A DNA stretch of 64,000 bases, from positions 32,001 through 96,000 of the forward strand of contig OZ219856.1 in assembly GCA_964291395.2 (NCBI GenBank), read 5' to 3'. Shown piece after piece: positions 54,086 to 62,328 of the stretch. The notes under the pieces were generated by a model, which did no database searches, was not told the DNA's origin, and saw only the letters and a list, made by a program, of their open reading frames with translations. The translations under genes and the position numbers were made by a program. The DNA comes from Alphaproteobacteria bacterium (GTDB lineage Bacteria > Pseudomonadota > Alphaproteobacteria > UBA2966). How positions within the stretch are numbered: position 1 is the first letter of the stretch; each line of letters begins with the position of its first letter.

Positions 54086-54473
54086 AGATCAGCTCCATTT
54101 CGGCATTCACGCCCGGCGTGCCGGCCAGCCTTCGATCGCCGGTGACGAGCACCGTGGACAACGCTTCCGCCAGCGCCACGTACACGGCGTCATATGCGCT
54201 GACGTTGGCGCGAAGCTGCCACACCCTGTCGAGGAAAGGCTCGTGGGGATAGCGCTCGACATCGAGGCCGCGCCACCGATGCAGGGCCGTCGCCGCGAGC
54301 CGTTCCTCCAGCGTTCCCTGCAGGACGTATCGGCGAAGCACCTGGGCGATCTCGATATCGATGAGATGCGGTGCGTGAACGGCGTCGGCATCGTCCGCAA
54401 GCCGCGCCGCCAGCCTCTTGCCCGATGCGGTGTTCAACAGGAATTCGACGGCCGCGGACGCGTCCACGACCAT
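54084..54473 (-). CDS. vapC: VapC PIN-domain toxin
   Basis: MVVDASA, APHLIDIE, NVSAYDAVYVALAE, LVTGDRRL. Confidence 0.92.
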   Translation of the reverse strand: MVVDASAAVEFLLNTASGKRLAARLADDADAVHAPHLIDIEIAQVLRRYVLQGTLEERLAATALHRWRGLDVERYPHEPFLDRVWQLRANVSAYDAVYVALAEALSTVLVTGDRRLAGTPGVNAEMELI

Positions 54474-54703
54474 CAGCGCGGCCCCCGTTCCTCGCGCAAG
54501 ACCTCGGCCGGCGACGGCTCCAGCGGGATTTCCGGCTGGGAGCGGATGGCTTCCAGCAGCTCCTGCCGGCTCGGGCGGTCGAGCGCCTTCTCGATCGTCC
54601 GCAGAACGTAGCTGGACATCGAGACCCCCTCGATGGCGGCCCGGGCCTTCAGCCGCCGATGCAGCGACGCCGGAACGTTTCGAACCTGGATCATCATGTT
54701 CAT
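54473..54703 (-). CDS. FitA/VapB-like ribbon-helix-helix antitoxin
   Basis: IQVRNVPASLHRRLKARAAIEGVSMSSY; stop overlaps the vapC start; upstream TTGACA-N17-CATGCT with CATGC repeats. Confidence 0.88.
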   Translation of the reverse strand: MNMMIQVRNVPASLHRRLKARAAIEGVSMSSYVLRTIEKALDRPSRQELLEAIRSQPEIPLEPSPAEVLREERGPR

Positions 54704-54848
54704 GCAAAAAGCATGAAAGCATGTGCACTGCATGTCAAGTCGGACGTCCCGCAACGATCGAACGACGTCATGATACTGAACCGGGTTCGCTCGAGCCGCT
54801 CAAAGGAAAAGAAAGGGGCTTGTCCCGAACGGTTGGCGGCTCACGCGT

Positions 54849-55136
54849 TCAGGCGGCGGCGAAGCGCCGCACCGGCACGTCCTCGCGGCCTTCGAGGGCG
54901 TGCCAGAGGTCGTACTGCATCTGCTGCTGCAGCCAGCTCTCGGGGCTGCCGCCGAACGCCTGGGAGAGCCGGATGGCCATCTCGGGAGAGATCCCGAGGC
55001 GGCCGTTGAGCAGCATCGAGAGCGTGTTGCGGGAGACCGAGAGGCCCCTGGCGGCCTCGGTCACCGTCAGCCCGAGGGGCTCGAGGCACTGACGGCGGAT
55101 GAATGCGCCGGGATGGGGAGGATCGTGCATGAGCAT
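54849..55136 (-). CDS. higA: HigA-family addiction module antidote
   Basis: PPHPGAFIR...LTVTEAA..L.VSR.TLS.LLNG...[24 protein letters not shown]. Confidence 0.92.
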   Translation of the reverse strand: MLMHDPPHPGAFIRRQCLEPLGLTVTEAARGLSVSRNTLSMLLNGRLGISPEMAIRLSQAFGGSPESWLQQQMQYDLWHALEGREDVPVRRFAAA

Positions 55137-55149
55137 GGCGCGCCCTTTC

Positions 55150-55261
55150 CTGGCCGGGCGAGGATGTCGCGCACCTTCTCGCGGTGCTCGGGGGACAGAC
55201 GCCGCGCGTCGCCGCGTTCCATGACCCGTCCGAGGACCCGGCTCTTGAAGCTGCGTATCAC
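55150..55261 (-). pseudogene. higB: Truncated HigB (plasmid maintenance killer) toxin
   Basis: [10 protein letters not shown]....[22 protein letters not shown], then homology stops; the catalytic C-terminal half (LH.LKG...NWR.TF) is absent. Confidence 0.75.
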
Positions 55262-55426
55262 GGTACCACCGTAACGTGCATCTTGTCGGTTGTCAGTGGT
55301 CGTGGAGCGAGGCTGAATACAAGGCGACCCGGACCGTGTGAAAAAGTCGGCGATGACGCTCGTGGCGGAGTCCCTCCGGCCGATGAGGTGGTAGAATGCG
55401 CCATGGCGCACTAGCCGGTGAAGGGA

Positions 55427-55497
55427 GTATGAACGGGCTGCGCCGCGTCCGGCGCGGAGGCCCAGGTACGAGAGAGGTTCGGAGGAAAGTCCATGCA
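55427..55497 (+). repeat. 71-bp leader repeat upstream of lipoprotein 1 (hairpin plus SD)
   Basis: Differs at 2 positions from 56508-56578; GC hairpin followed by GGAGG and ATG. Confidence 0.85.
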
Positions 55498-56470
55498 CGG
55501 AATGACGATGATCTCCCTCGCCGTCGTCGTGGCGCTGACGGCGGGCGCCTGCTCCCGCCGCGAGGACCCCCCGCCGCCCGACGACTCCATCACCTTCGAG
55601 AGGAACTCGGAGTTCTCGACGCTGCACCTGCGGGTGTTCCTGACGTTGGAAGACGGCACCGACGTCTCCGTCAACACGACCCACGACGCCGTCGCGACGG
55701 AACCCGGCGCCACCCCCATCCCCGGCCATCGGGCGCGGAACTGGACGTTCGTCAAGGACGCGGACATCGGCACGTCGGTGGCCTACGCCCTGCTGAGCTG
55801 GGATCCGGACGACCCGGCCGACTACCTGATGGCCGGCTGGTGGGCGCAGTTCCCCGGGCAGCATCTCCCCGACCTGTCGTTCAGGGACTCCATCCAGTAC
55901 TCCATCGTCGACGGGCCGGAGTTCGACCTGTCGGCCCCCCGCCGATTGCCGGTGGAGGGGCGGGCGACCTACGTCGGGCAGGCCGGCGGGCTCTATGCGT
56001 ATGAGGCCGGGAGCGACTGGGGAGAGGACGAGGGCGCCTACGTGCTCGACGAGTATGAGGGAGTCGTCACGATCGCGGCGGACTTCGCCGACGGCACCGT
56101 GAGCGGCTGCATCGGCTGCGCGGGCGATCTCGTCACCCGGCGCGCGCATTTCGGCATCTTCCTGGGAGACGAGGTGCGCGACGCCCGGGCCATTGCCGCC
56201 GACTACGAGCTGCACTTCGGCGTCACGCCCATCGACCCGGACGGCACCTTCGAGCGTGACGGCGTGGAGGTCAGGCACCCCGATCGCGCGGTCACGCATT
56301 CGGAGGGGGGCTGGGGCGGCACGCTTTCCAACATCCCCGACGGCGACGGCAACCCCCGTCTGGTGGGCGGTTTCAGCAGTGCCGACTTCGAGGAGAGCGA
56401 CGGCAGCGCCGGCCAGTTCGTCGGAACCTTCGTCGCCCTGAGCGAGCCCTTCCGGGCGACCGGCAGGTGA
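55493..56470 (+). CDS. Putative surface lipoprotein 1 with TbpB-like C-terminal beta-barrel
   Basis: Lipobox TAGAC; LPVEGRATYVGQAGG, ADFADGTVSG, CIGC, GWGG, GNPRLVGGF. Confidence 0.65.
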   Translation: MHGMTMISLAVVVALTAGACSRREDPPPPDDSITFERNSEFSTLHLRVFLTLEDGTDVSVNTTHDAVATEPGATPIPGHRARNWTFVKDADIGTSVAYALLSWDPDDPADYLMAGWWAQFPGQHLPDLSFRDSIQYSIVDGPEFDLSAPRRLPVEGRATYVGQAGGLYAYEAGSDWGEDEGAYVLDEYEGVVTIAADFADGTVSGCIGCAGDLVTRRAHFGIFLGDEVRDARAIAADYELHFGVTPIDPDGTFERDGVEVRHPDRAVTHSEGGWGGTLSNIPDGDGNPRLVGGFSSADFEESDGSAGQFVGTFVALSEPFRATGR

Positions 56471-56507
56471 GACCGCTCCTTCCCCGTCGCGGGCGGCGGG
56501 GGAGGGG

Positions 56508-56578
56508 GTATGAACGGGCTGCGCCGCGTCCGGCGCGGCGGCCCAGGCACGAGAGAGGTTCGGAGGAAAGTCCATGCA
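56508..56578 (+). repeat. 71-bp leader repeat upstream of lipoprotein 2
   Basis: Near-identical to 55427-55497; repeat period 1081 bp. Confidence 0.85.
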
Positions 56579-57548
56579 AAGAATGACGACGATCTCACTC
56601 GCCGTCGTCCTGGTCCTGACGGCGGGCGCCTGCGTGCGCCGCGACGAGGCGCCGTCCGGACACATCATCGAGCTCGAGAGGAACACGGAGTTCGACGGCG
56701 CGAGCCTGCGGCTGTTCGTGTCGCTGGACGACGGAACCGAGGCCTCCGTCAACACGGCCGACGACGTCATCGAGGTGCTGCCCGCGGCTACGCCCATGCC
56801 CGGCCACCGGGCGCTGGCCTTGACGTTCCTGAAGGTCGAGAAGGACGACACGTCGGTCGCCCACGCCCTGTTGAGCTGGGACCCCGACGATCCGGGGGAC
56901 TACCTCGTGTTCGGCTGGTGGGCGCTGTTCCCCGACCAGCACCCGCCGGAGCTATCGTTCAGGGACTCGGTACGGTACGCGCTCGTCGACGGCCCGGAGC
57001 TCGACCATGGCGTGGTGCCGCGGCTGCCGGTCGACGGGACGGCCACCTACGCCGGCCAGGCCGGGGGGCTCTACTCATACGTGTTCGGGAGCGACTGGGG
57101 GGAGGACGAGGGCGGCTTCGTGATCGACGAGTACCAGGGGACGGTCACCCTCACCGCGGACTTCGCGGACGGCACCCTGAGAGGCTGCATCGGCTGCGTG
57201 GGCGACCTCGTCACGCAGCGCGCGCATTTCGGCGTGTTCCTCGGCCGGGAGCTGATCGACGTGCAGGGGTTGGCCAGGGACTACGAGCTCCACCTCCCCA
57301 CCGCGATCTTCCGGGAGGACGGCCAGTTCCACCGCGACAAGGTGGTGTTGCGGCATCCGGAACGGACCGTCACGCTGTCGGAGGGGTACTGGGGCGGCGC
57401 CCTGTCCAGCCGCCGGGACGAGGACGGGAACCCCCGGCTGGTGGCGGGCTTCAACGGCGTCTCCTTCGAGGAGAGCGACGGCAGCGAGGGTGAGTTCTTC
57501 GGGTCGTTCCTGGGCCTGAGCGGGCCCTTCAGGGCGTCCGGCAGGTGA
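56574..57548 (+). CDS. Putative surface lipoprotein 2, paralog of lipoprotein 1
   Basis: Lipobox TAGAC; same motifs (LSWDPDDP, FPDQHPP.LSF, ATYAGQAGGLY, CIGC). Confidence 0.65.
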   Translation: MQRMTTISLAVVLVLTAGACVRRDEAPSGHIIELERNTEFDGASLRLFVSLDDGTEASVNTADDVIEVLPAATPMPGHRALALTFLKVEKDDTSVAHALLSWDPDDPGDYLVFGWWALFPDQHPPELSFRDSVRYALVDGPELDHGVVPRLPVDGTATYAGQAGGLYSYVFGSDWGEDEGGFVIDEYQGTVTLTADFADGTLRGCIGCVGDLVTQRAHFGVFLGRELIDVQGLARDYELHLPTAIFREDGQFHRDKVVLRHPERTVTLSEGYWGGALSSRRDEDGNPRLVAGFNGVSFEESDGSEGEFFGSFLGLSGPFRASGR

Positions 57549-57590
57549 GGCCGCTCCTTCCCCGCCGCGCGCGACGGGAGAGGGCGCTAT
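57210..57590 (+). repeat. Left copy of ~380-bp direct repeat (3' third of lipoprotein 2 plus downstream spacer)
   Basis: Aligns with 59804-60183 from GTCACGCAGCGCGCGCATTTC to AGAGGGCGCTAT. Confidence 0.9.
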
Positions 57591-57714
57591 CGAGACCCTC
57601 TTCATCGGTCTCTTCCTCGGCGCCCGTACGCGGGCGTCCGAACCGTTCTGCGGTCGGCGGTGGCGCTGGTCGTCTTGGTCGAGCCTTGAGGCTGCGCCTG
57701 GTGACCGGCATCAT

Positions 57715-57772
57715 ATCCTCACAAAAATATATACCTCATTCAGAATGTGAGGTATCTTTTTTCACTGAGGAT
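57715..57772. promoter_or_regulatory. Nested inverted repeat, putative AbiEi autoregulatory operator
   Basis: ATCCTCA...ATACCTCA-N9-TGAGGTAT...TGAGGAT in the AT-rich segment before the module. Confidence 0.65.
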
Positions 57773-57791
57773 TATCCTTTCGGTGATTGAC

Positions 57792-58799
57792 GTGACAAGC
57801 AGCAACGCAGCCCGCCGTTCCGAGGCGGCAGTCGCGGCCGTGCTCCCTCCTTCGGTCCGGATTCGGCGGTGCCGCGAGGACGGTCATGTGATCGGCCTCG
57901 AACTCAACGGACAGCCTATCACGGTCGAATGGCTGGGCGAGGGCGGATTGCGCCAGGCGCGCGAGTTGCTCGCCGGCCGCAAGGAGCGCCCGGACGTCGC
58001 GGCGGCTCGCCATATGTCGCCCGGCGCACGCAAGGCGCTGTCGGCTGCCGGGATGGGCTGGGTGGACGAGACCGGCGCGGCAGAGATCACGCTGGAGGCA
58101 CTGATCGTTTCCAGGAGCGGGCACCCCATCAAGGTGCCGCAGAAACCGCCTCGCTGGTCGCCCTCCGTCCTCGCCGTCGCCGAGGCATTGCTCTGCGGCG
58201 GGCGCGCCACCGTCGGCGCCATGCAGGAAACCACGGGGCTTTCCGCCGGAAGCGCCACGAACGCCCTGCGAGCTCTCACGGATCTCGGGCTCATAAGCGC
58301 CGCAACGCGTCGTGGGCGCAACTCCGCGCGCCGAATTCCCGATCACGACCGGTTGCTCGACGCATACGCGGCTGCGGCCGCCTCGATGATGCCGGAGACC
58401 GCTCTCGCGGTCGGTGTGACGTGGCGCGACCCGGCGACGGCCCTGGCTGAAACCGGCCGGCGATGGAACGACACAGGTATCTCGTGGGCGGCCACGAGCA
58501 CGGTGGCAGCATCGGTGTTCGCTCCCTATCTCACCACGGTCACGACCGGCGAGGTCTATGTCGACAGGAAGACGATTGCCGGGCTTGAGGAAGTGGCCGC
58601 AAAGGCGGACCTGCGACCGATCGAAGGCGGGCGTCTCACCCTTCGACCATTCCCCACGGTTACGGCCAGACTGCTTGCCGTGGTGAAGAACGGACTGAGC
58701 CTCGCTCCATGGCCCCGAGTGTACGCCGACCTGCGCGTCGTCGGCGTGCGAGGCGAGGAAGCCGCCGAGCATCTCCGGGACGTGATCCGTGGCCGATGA
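57792..58799 (+). CDS. AbiEi-like type IV TA antitoxin (winged HTH)
   Basis: GMGWVDETGAAEI, HTH TGLSAGSATNALRAL, LLDAYA, RVYADL...GVRGEEAAEHLR. Start uncertain (57747-57792). Confidence 0.75.
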   Translation: MTSSNAARRSEAAVAAVLPPSVRIRRCREDGHVIGLELNGQPITVEWLGEGGLRQARELLAGRKERPDVAAARHMSPGARKALSAAGMGWVDETGAAEITLEALIVSRSGHPIKVPQKPPRWSPSVLAVAEALLCGGRATVGAMQETTGLSAGSATNALRALTDLGLISAATRRGRNSARRIPDHDRLLDAYAAAAASMMPETALAVGVTWRDPATALAETGRRWNDTGISWAATSTVAASVFAPYLTTVTTGEVYVDRKTIAGLEEVAAKADLRPIEGGRLTLRPFPTVTARLLAVVKNGLSLAPWPRVYADLRVVGVRGEEAAEHLRDVIRGR

Positions 58800-59631
58800 T
58801 CCGCCTCCCCGCTCCCGGGCCGCGCGTGAAGCGGCCGAGAGGGCGCTCGTGCGCATCGTCCACCACTACGGGGCGCGACCGGAGTTCGTCCTGCTCGGGG
58901 GGCTGGTTCCGGAATTGCTCTGCGCCGGCAGCAGATTCCAGCACGCCGGGACCACCGACGTGGACGTGCAGGTCGATCTTGAAATCGCCTATGGCGCCGC
59001 GAATGCCGCACGACTGGAGCAAGCCCTTCACAATGCGGAGTTCGAGCCCGAGGACGACCGAATTTGGCGTTGGGTGGCGGACGGAGCTGTTGCCGGGACG
59101 GTTGTGAAGTTCGAGCTTCTGGCCGATCTCCACGATCAACAGACGGGCGCGAGGATCTCGTTCGACGCGTGCGAGAACCTCGGCGCGGTGAACCTCCATG
59201 GTACGGGCTTTGCGTCCCGCGACATCCAAGTGCGCGATCTCAGCGCCCGGATCGGCGGTGTCGCCTACAATGCCCAAGTGAACGTTGCGGGACTGGCCGG
59301 CTTCTTGCTGGCCAAGGCAGCGGCCGCATACTCAAGGCGGGCACCCAAGGATTGGTATGACATCGCCTTCGTACTCTTACATAACGACGCCGGCGGGCCG
59401 GCAGCCGCAGCCACGCTTGTGCGGGAACGATTCGTTGACGACCTCCGCTCGGTGCACACGGCTCTCGACGATCTGGAAGCCAATTTCGAGACCCCGGCGG
59501 CCCAGGGAGCCCAGGCCTATGTCCGTCAGATGCTGATCGATCACCCCGAGCTCGATCCACCAAGCCTTGCCGCCGACGCTTCGCTCGCCGTTCGGGAATT
59601 CCACAGGAGCCTGCGCGCCCATTCCGATTGA
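58789..59631 (+). CDS. AbiEii/MenT-like nucleotidyltransferase toxin
   Basis: VLLGGLVP, GTTDVD, K..A...R..PKDWYDI motifs; overlaps the antitoxin stop. Confidence 0.78.
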   Translation: MADDPPPRSRAAREAAERALVRIVHHYGARPEFVLLGGLVPELLCAGSRFQHAGTTDVDVQVDLEIAYGAANAARLEQALHNAEFEPEDDRIWRWVADGAVAGTVVKFELLADLHDQQTGARISFDACENLGAVNLHGTGFASRDIQVRDLSARIGGVAYNAQVNVAGLAGFLLAKAAAAYSRRAPKDWYDIAFVLLHNDAGGPAAAATLVRERFVDDLRSVHTALDDLEANFETPAAQGAQAYVRQMLIDHPELDPPSLAADASLAVREFHRSLRAHSD

Positions 59632-59803
59632 GTCAGACGCTTGCTGCCCGGTGTCACCGAGTGCTTCCGTTCGGTCTTCCCTACTCGCGAGAAATGCGGG
59701 CCAGACACTCCGGGAACGGGATTTTTCGTTCGAGGCGGTACGTCGGGCGACGGGACGTCAACACCACCTGAGGTCGGGAAGCCCCGATCCGGGAGGTGCC
59801 TTG

Positions 59804-60141
59804 GTCACGCAGCGCGCGCATTTCGGCGTGTTCCTCGGCCAGGAGCTGATCGACGTGCAGGGGTTGGCCAGGGACTACGAGCTCCACCTCGCCACCGCGA
59901 TCTTCCGGGAGGACGGCCAATTCGACCGCGAGAGGGTGACGGTGAGGCATCCGGATCGCACCGTCACGCAATCGGAGGGTTCTGGGGCGGCGCCCTGTCC
60001 AGCCGCCGGGACGAGGACGGGAACCCCCGGCTGGTGGCGGGTTTCAACGGCATCTCCTTCGAGGAGAGCGACGGCAGCGCCGGTGAGTTCGTCGGGTCGT
60101 TCCTGGGCCTGAGCGGGCCCTTCCGGGCGTCCGGCAGGTGA
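59804..60141 (+). pseudogene. Start-less 3' fragment of a lipoprotein-2 paralog (within the right copy of the direct repeat, which extends to 60183)
   Basis: VTQRAHFGVFLG...SGPFRASGR*; about 21 substitutions and one G deletion versus lipoprotein 2 by manual alignment. Confidence 0.88.
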
Positions 60142-60208
60142 GGCCGCCCCTTCCCCGTCGCGCGCGGCGGCAGAGGGCGCTATAGTGGAGAGGAGGAGGT
60201 GCCCGACC

Positions 60209-61140
60209 ATGACGAACGGAACGATCATGCGCCTCGCCGCGCTCGCCGGCGCCATGCTCCTCGCCGGCTGCCTTCACGGCGGGGGCGGCGGGGGCACGCT
60301 CAGCCCGGAGGACATCGACGAGGTCCGGTCCGATCCCAGGATCGTTCGGGCAAAGGGAATCTTCGAGCGGGCCGACACCCTGCTGATCCCCTCCCTCTAT
60401 CTCGAGGCCACGTCCAGCATCCGGGGAAGAAGCAGGAGCGAGGAGTGGGCTCTCCGCGGGCAATGCTCGGGTACGAACTGCGACCTGAGAGACGACAACG
60501 CGCGGTTCACCTTCACCTTCGATGATCTGATGATCAAGGAGCTGATAACCCCCACCGATGTGGATTTGGACAAGGCCGAGATCGGGAAACGCGACGGTTT
60601 CGACACCCTGGTCCTCGAAGGCAGGTCTCAGGTCGCGGAGGAGATCAGCGATAACGAAATTGCCACCGCCGCTGGTTCCGCGACGAGCTGGGGCCTCTGG
60701 GGCCAGCACGGCTACGCGGCGGTGGAACTCGTCACGGGATCGGTGCAGGAAGCCTTGATCAGTGGGCGCATAAGCGGCGCCCTCGGATACGCCTTCGGCC
60801 AGCGCAACCCCACCAACCCCGGGGGCACCGGGAGCGCGACCTGGGAAGGTCCGGCCGAAGTGATCTCCACCCGGACGTTCACGCGCTCCCAAGGCAAGGC
60901 GATCCTCACCATTCCGGACCTGGCCCGGTCCAGGATCGGCGCCGAGATCGAGGTGGCCGGCAACGATATCAGCAAGCCCTCCTGGAAGGACATGGCCCTC
61001 TCGCAGGGCCGCTTCACGGGGGGACGGTGGCGGGGGAAGACTACATGGCGGGCAACTTCCACGGCCCGAAACACGAGGAGGCCTACGGCGTCTTCGATAC
61101 CGGGGCCTACGTCGGCGCCTTCGGGGCGATGCAAAAGTAG
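60209..61140 (+). CDS. Surface lipoprotein with TbpB-like beta-barrel, frameshifted in a G6 tract (61018-61023)
   Basis: Lipobox LAGC plus poly-Gly; GSATWEG. Adding one G restores the C-terminus GNFHGPKHEEAYGVFDTGAYVGAFGAMQK*, the TbpB-barrel-type ending. Confidence 0.75.
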
Positions 61141-61243
61141 CGGATCCTCGTCGTCGGCTCGGTGTCCGCGCGGCCATGACGCCGCCGGGGGCGCGGACGG
61201 TGCCCGGTTCGCCCGACGCGGCGGGCGCGGGGCCTGCCGGCCT

Positions 61244-61597
61244 TCAGTCCGTCGGCGGCTGCCCGCTCAGGGCGTCGAACGCCCGCTCGCGGGATTTCGC
61301 GATGTGAATGACCTTGTCGAAGCCGCTGACGGTGAACATCTGGTGCAGGGGCGTGGACAGGCCGCACACCAGCCCCCTCCCGCCCTGCGCCTTGAGCCGT
61401 TTCGCCATCGCCAGGATCACCCTGAGGCCGGAGCTGTTCATGTAGGTGACCCCGGCGAGGTCGACGATGAGATAGCGGTCCGTTTCCCGGACCGCTTCCC
61501 GGAGGTCGGCGTCGAACCGGGGCGTCGTCTCTCCGTCGAGCCGGCCCGTGACGGTTGCGCACAGGACGTGCTCCCGGCGGTCGAAAGTCATCTCCAT
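61244..61597 (-). CDS. STAS-domain anti-sigma factor antagonist
   Basis: VTGRLD, IVDLAGVTYMNSSGLRVIL, MFTVSGFDK. Confidence 0.9.
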   Translation of the reverse strand: MEMTFDRREHVLCATVTGRLDGETTPRFDADLREAVRETDRYLIVDLAGVTYMNSSGLRVILAMAKRLKAQGGRGLVCGLSTPLHQMFTVSGFDKVIHIAKSRERAFDALSGQPPTD

Positions 61598-61654
61598 CTG
61601 GAATTCCCCCTTCGCCGCGGGGCGCGGCGCCCGTTCCGCCATGCGGCGCTCATT

Positions 61655-62206
61655 CTACACCGCCGTCTCCGCGGCCGGGAGGGAGAAGCCGCCCTCACGA
61701 CGCCGTGACGAGGATCGCGGCCACGCCGATGCCGGCGCCGGCGATCGCGGCCAACAGGTACCAGGACCACTTCCGCTCCCTGCCGAAGGGTGGAGAGGCG
61801 GGGGCGAAGCTGGAATCGGGCCTGGACCGGCGCCAGCGTGGAGGACGGAAGAGGCGGAGCACCGGCCTCCTGCCGCCCGCCCGCGGGTGTCCGCGGCGGA
61901 GTCTCCCGCCGGCCGCCCGGCGCCGTGTCGCGCCGGCATGGGCGCCGGCTTCGACGTCGGAACAACCTCGCGAACCTGCATTCGCCTTTGACCGTAAGCC
62001 CGCCGGGTCACCTGCCGCAATTCCCCGCACCTGTCGCAGAAGCCCTTCTCCCGGGTGAACTCTCCGGTGGTGGTGAGGGACACGGACACGCCGTTGACCT
62101 GGGTGCGGTTCACTCCGAGGGTCTCCACGGTGCAGGGGTCGCAGACGCCGGAGTGCAGCCCCGACGCTATGCAGCCGTGCACGCGCTCCGCGACCGTCGA
62201 AGCCAT
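61655..62206 (-). CDS. Hypothetical protein with two CxxC motifs; C-terminal part doubtful
   Basis: CDPC...TTTGEFTREKGFCDRCG in the first ~70 aa; the remainder is low-complexity and runs through a REP-like repeat. Confidence 0.4.
   Translation of the reverse strand: MASTVAERVHGCIASGLHSGVCDPCTVETLGVNRTQVNGVSVSLTTTGEFTREKGFCDRCGELRQVTRRAYGQRRMQVREVVPTSKPAPMPARHGAGRPAGDSAADTRGRAAGGRCSASSVLHAGAGPGPIPASPPPLHPSAGSGSGPGTCWPRSPAPASAWPRSSSRRREGGFSLPAAETAV
61915..61958. repeat. REP-like repeat (copy 2)
   Basis: GCCCGGCGCCGTGTCGCGCCGGCATGGGCGCCGGCTTCGACGTC matches both ends of 53977-54085. Confidence 0.5.
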
Positions 62207-62216
62207 TTCCTTCCCC

Positions 62217-62248
62217 AAAGAAAAGGGCGGCTCCCGAAGGAGCCGTCC
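62217..62248 (-). terminator. Rho-independent terminator of the porin gene
   Basis: Minus strand GGACGGCTCC-TTCG-GGAGCCGCCC-TTTTCTTT (cUUCGg tetraloop plus U-tract). Confidence 0.88.
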
Positions 62249-62328
62249 TCCAAACCGAGCGGACGGGGTGTCATGACAACCCGTTCAGGAGGTACCTGAG
62301 AGGTTATGCGCCCGTCCGAGCAGACTGA

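Noticed and set aside
55427-56578. CRISPR array or integron attC cassettes
   Set aside because: Only two 71-bp repeats about 1 kb apart; no cas or intI gene and no RYYYAAC/GTTRRRY ends.
57210-60183. Diversity-generating retroelement (TR/VR pair)
   Set aside because: Only about a third of the mismatches fall on adenines of the silent copy, and no reverse transcriptase is in the window.
60185-61708. 507-aa ORF as a real product
   Set aside because: Its tail results from the G-tract frameshift and runs antisense through the STAS gene.
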